Made by a program: the position numbers and the translations under genes
In this document: one piece after another, positions 62,498-64,000 of the stretch
Position numbering within the stretch: position 1 is the stretch's first letter
How the letters are laid out: every line of letters begins with the position of its first letter
Source: Octopus sinensis
Lineage: Eukaryota
Length of the DNA: 64,000 nucleotides
Assembly: GCF_006345805.1 (NCBI RefSeq)
Contig: NC_042998.1
Location: forward strand, 112,158,001-112,222,000
Direction of reading: 5' to 3'
Notes under the pieces: model-generated
The model's input: the letters and a program-made list of their open reading frames with translations, nothing else
What the model was told of the DNA's origin: nothing
Databases searched by the model: none

Positions 62498-62784
62498 TTA
62501 CGGAGATGTACTTGCATAGCAAGTGATTTGATCTGAGATCGTGTGCTGAAACGAAAACAATTGCAGCGTAGAAGGTGTTTGTAAGCCATTTAAGAAACAC
62601 ACAAAAGCCGTTCGATTCACTTCAACATTTAAGTTGAATTTGTCAAAATATTTTCGTCGCTTTAAGAGCGGTCTTAAAGCGACGAAAATATTTTGACAAA
62701 TTAAACTTAAATGTTGAAGTGAATCGAACGGCTTTTGTGTGTTTCTTAAATGGCTTACAAACACCTTCCACGCTGCAATCGTTT
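62498..62784. mobile_element. Family D copy ending in a 113-bp-arm palindrome (62555-62667 / 62672-62784)
   Basis: Arms are reverse complements with 3 substitutions; 4-nt centre gcgg. Confidence 0.92.
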
Positions 62785-64000
62785 ACAATTAGTTTGCAAA
62801 CTTAAATAACATTTACTTCAGCTTTCCTTTTTTTCTCTTAAGGAGTTATAGTTATAAAAAGTGGGGCGGGGTATTCATTGTCAAGAATGACATAGTAACT
62901 TAACACACTGTCACTGTACATTAACAGAGATTCATTGTATCTCTATGTCGAATTGAACTTTTGTACTTTGCACCAGCTCATTTTGAGTGTATGCAATGTG
63001 CATTTTAGACATGGCTATGTAGGGTTTAACCTGTCCTCTTGTAAAGTTATTATCTTTTTAAGATATAGAAGAGGTTTAAGAAACCAATTTGAGATCGAGG
63101 GATTAGTTGGTGCTCTGTGGTGTAACCAGTAACATGGCCTCACTGCAAGTGATAGGCACATGGTTCGATGAAGTTCTTTTCTCTCTCCTTTGTTTCATAT
63201 TGGTGCTTGAAATATCTCAAATTATTTTGCATTTTGAATCTTAACATTTAATTTATTCTTATTAGTTTTATGTAAAATATATTACTCAAATAGTGTTGTT
63301 ATTACAGTGCGAACAAGCTATCAGCCATTTAAGAACATACTAAATCTATGCACTTTTCGTTTGTCTTGAGATATTTTTCTGCCGTACCGCAATCTGGTTA
63401 CTAAAACAGTTCCACTGCAGCTCAGTGAAATAGTGTCAGTAACCAGATTGCAGACGTGCGACGAAATTTTTAATAACCCAGCAAATAAAAGTTAAATATA
63501 ATAGATTTTTCTGTGTTCTTGAATAGCTAAGACGGTGCTTTGACGATGTGATTACTGTGGTTTCAGCACAGGGCCTTAGATGGAGTCATTTGGTAAATAA
63601 GTGCAACTATGAAATATATAACAGTGATTTCCTTTATGATTGACGAATGGCAGAACCTGCAGACTCCTGACGAATGCCTTGTAGAATATAATTATACTTC
63701 TATCCTTTTACGTTTTAAATTTAAGAAAAACTACGGAATACAAATTCTGTCCTTTCGGGATAGTTTACTGGCCCAAATTTAATGACTTCTAATCATGTTA
63801 GAAATCTTTTATCGTAATAAAAAGGGATGTGTAATAAGTCGAACAGAAGATTTACTGCCAGTTTACTTTGACAACCTATCTAGCATCAGTCAGTAAGATT
63901 TTCACGCACTTCTAGGAAATAAACAACCCCATTCTTTTACTCCTTTGTTGGTTCCACTCAGGCTATGGCTTACTGGTTAAAAATAGGCGTTGATTGTTTT

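Overview
AT-rich (microsatellite- and TE-dense) eukaryotic non-coding DNA with no recognisable host gene exon. The SINE families and repeat make-up resemble octopod cephalopods; this is an inference from recalled repeat sequences, not a search. There is a 100-N gap at 44323-44422. Contents: two tail-to-tail R4/Dong-clade LINEs in (TAA)n; a young Tx1/L1-clade LINE and a second 3' stub, both embedded in (GATA)n; an old Tx1 remnant; CR1/Jockey-type and possible RTE LINE remnants; a Penelope-like element (PLE) remnant with RT C-terminus and GIY-YIG; several mariner relics/MITEs; non-autonomous Helitrons; and many tRNA-derived SINEs. The main discovery is a set of hammerhead ribozyme (HHR) elements. 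(1) A young 356-bp highly self-complementary unit in tandem plus inverted copies (12.2-13.3 kb), carrying a type I HHR with a non-canonical U3-A8 core; this is a retrozyme-like candidate that could yield a 356-nt circular RNA. (2) A 429-bp partial tandem with a canonical HHR (27.7-28.2 kb). (3) An A3-U8 minimal HHR downstream of the PLE ORF (53.9 kb). (4) Further degenerate HHR motifs. All RNA structures were paired by eye; no folding or database searches were run, and most TE boundaries are approximate.
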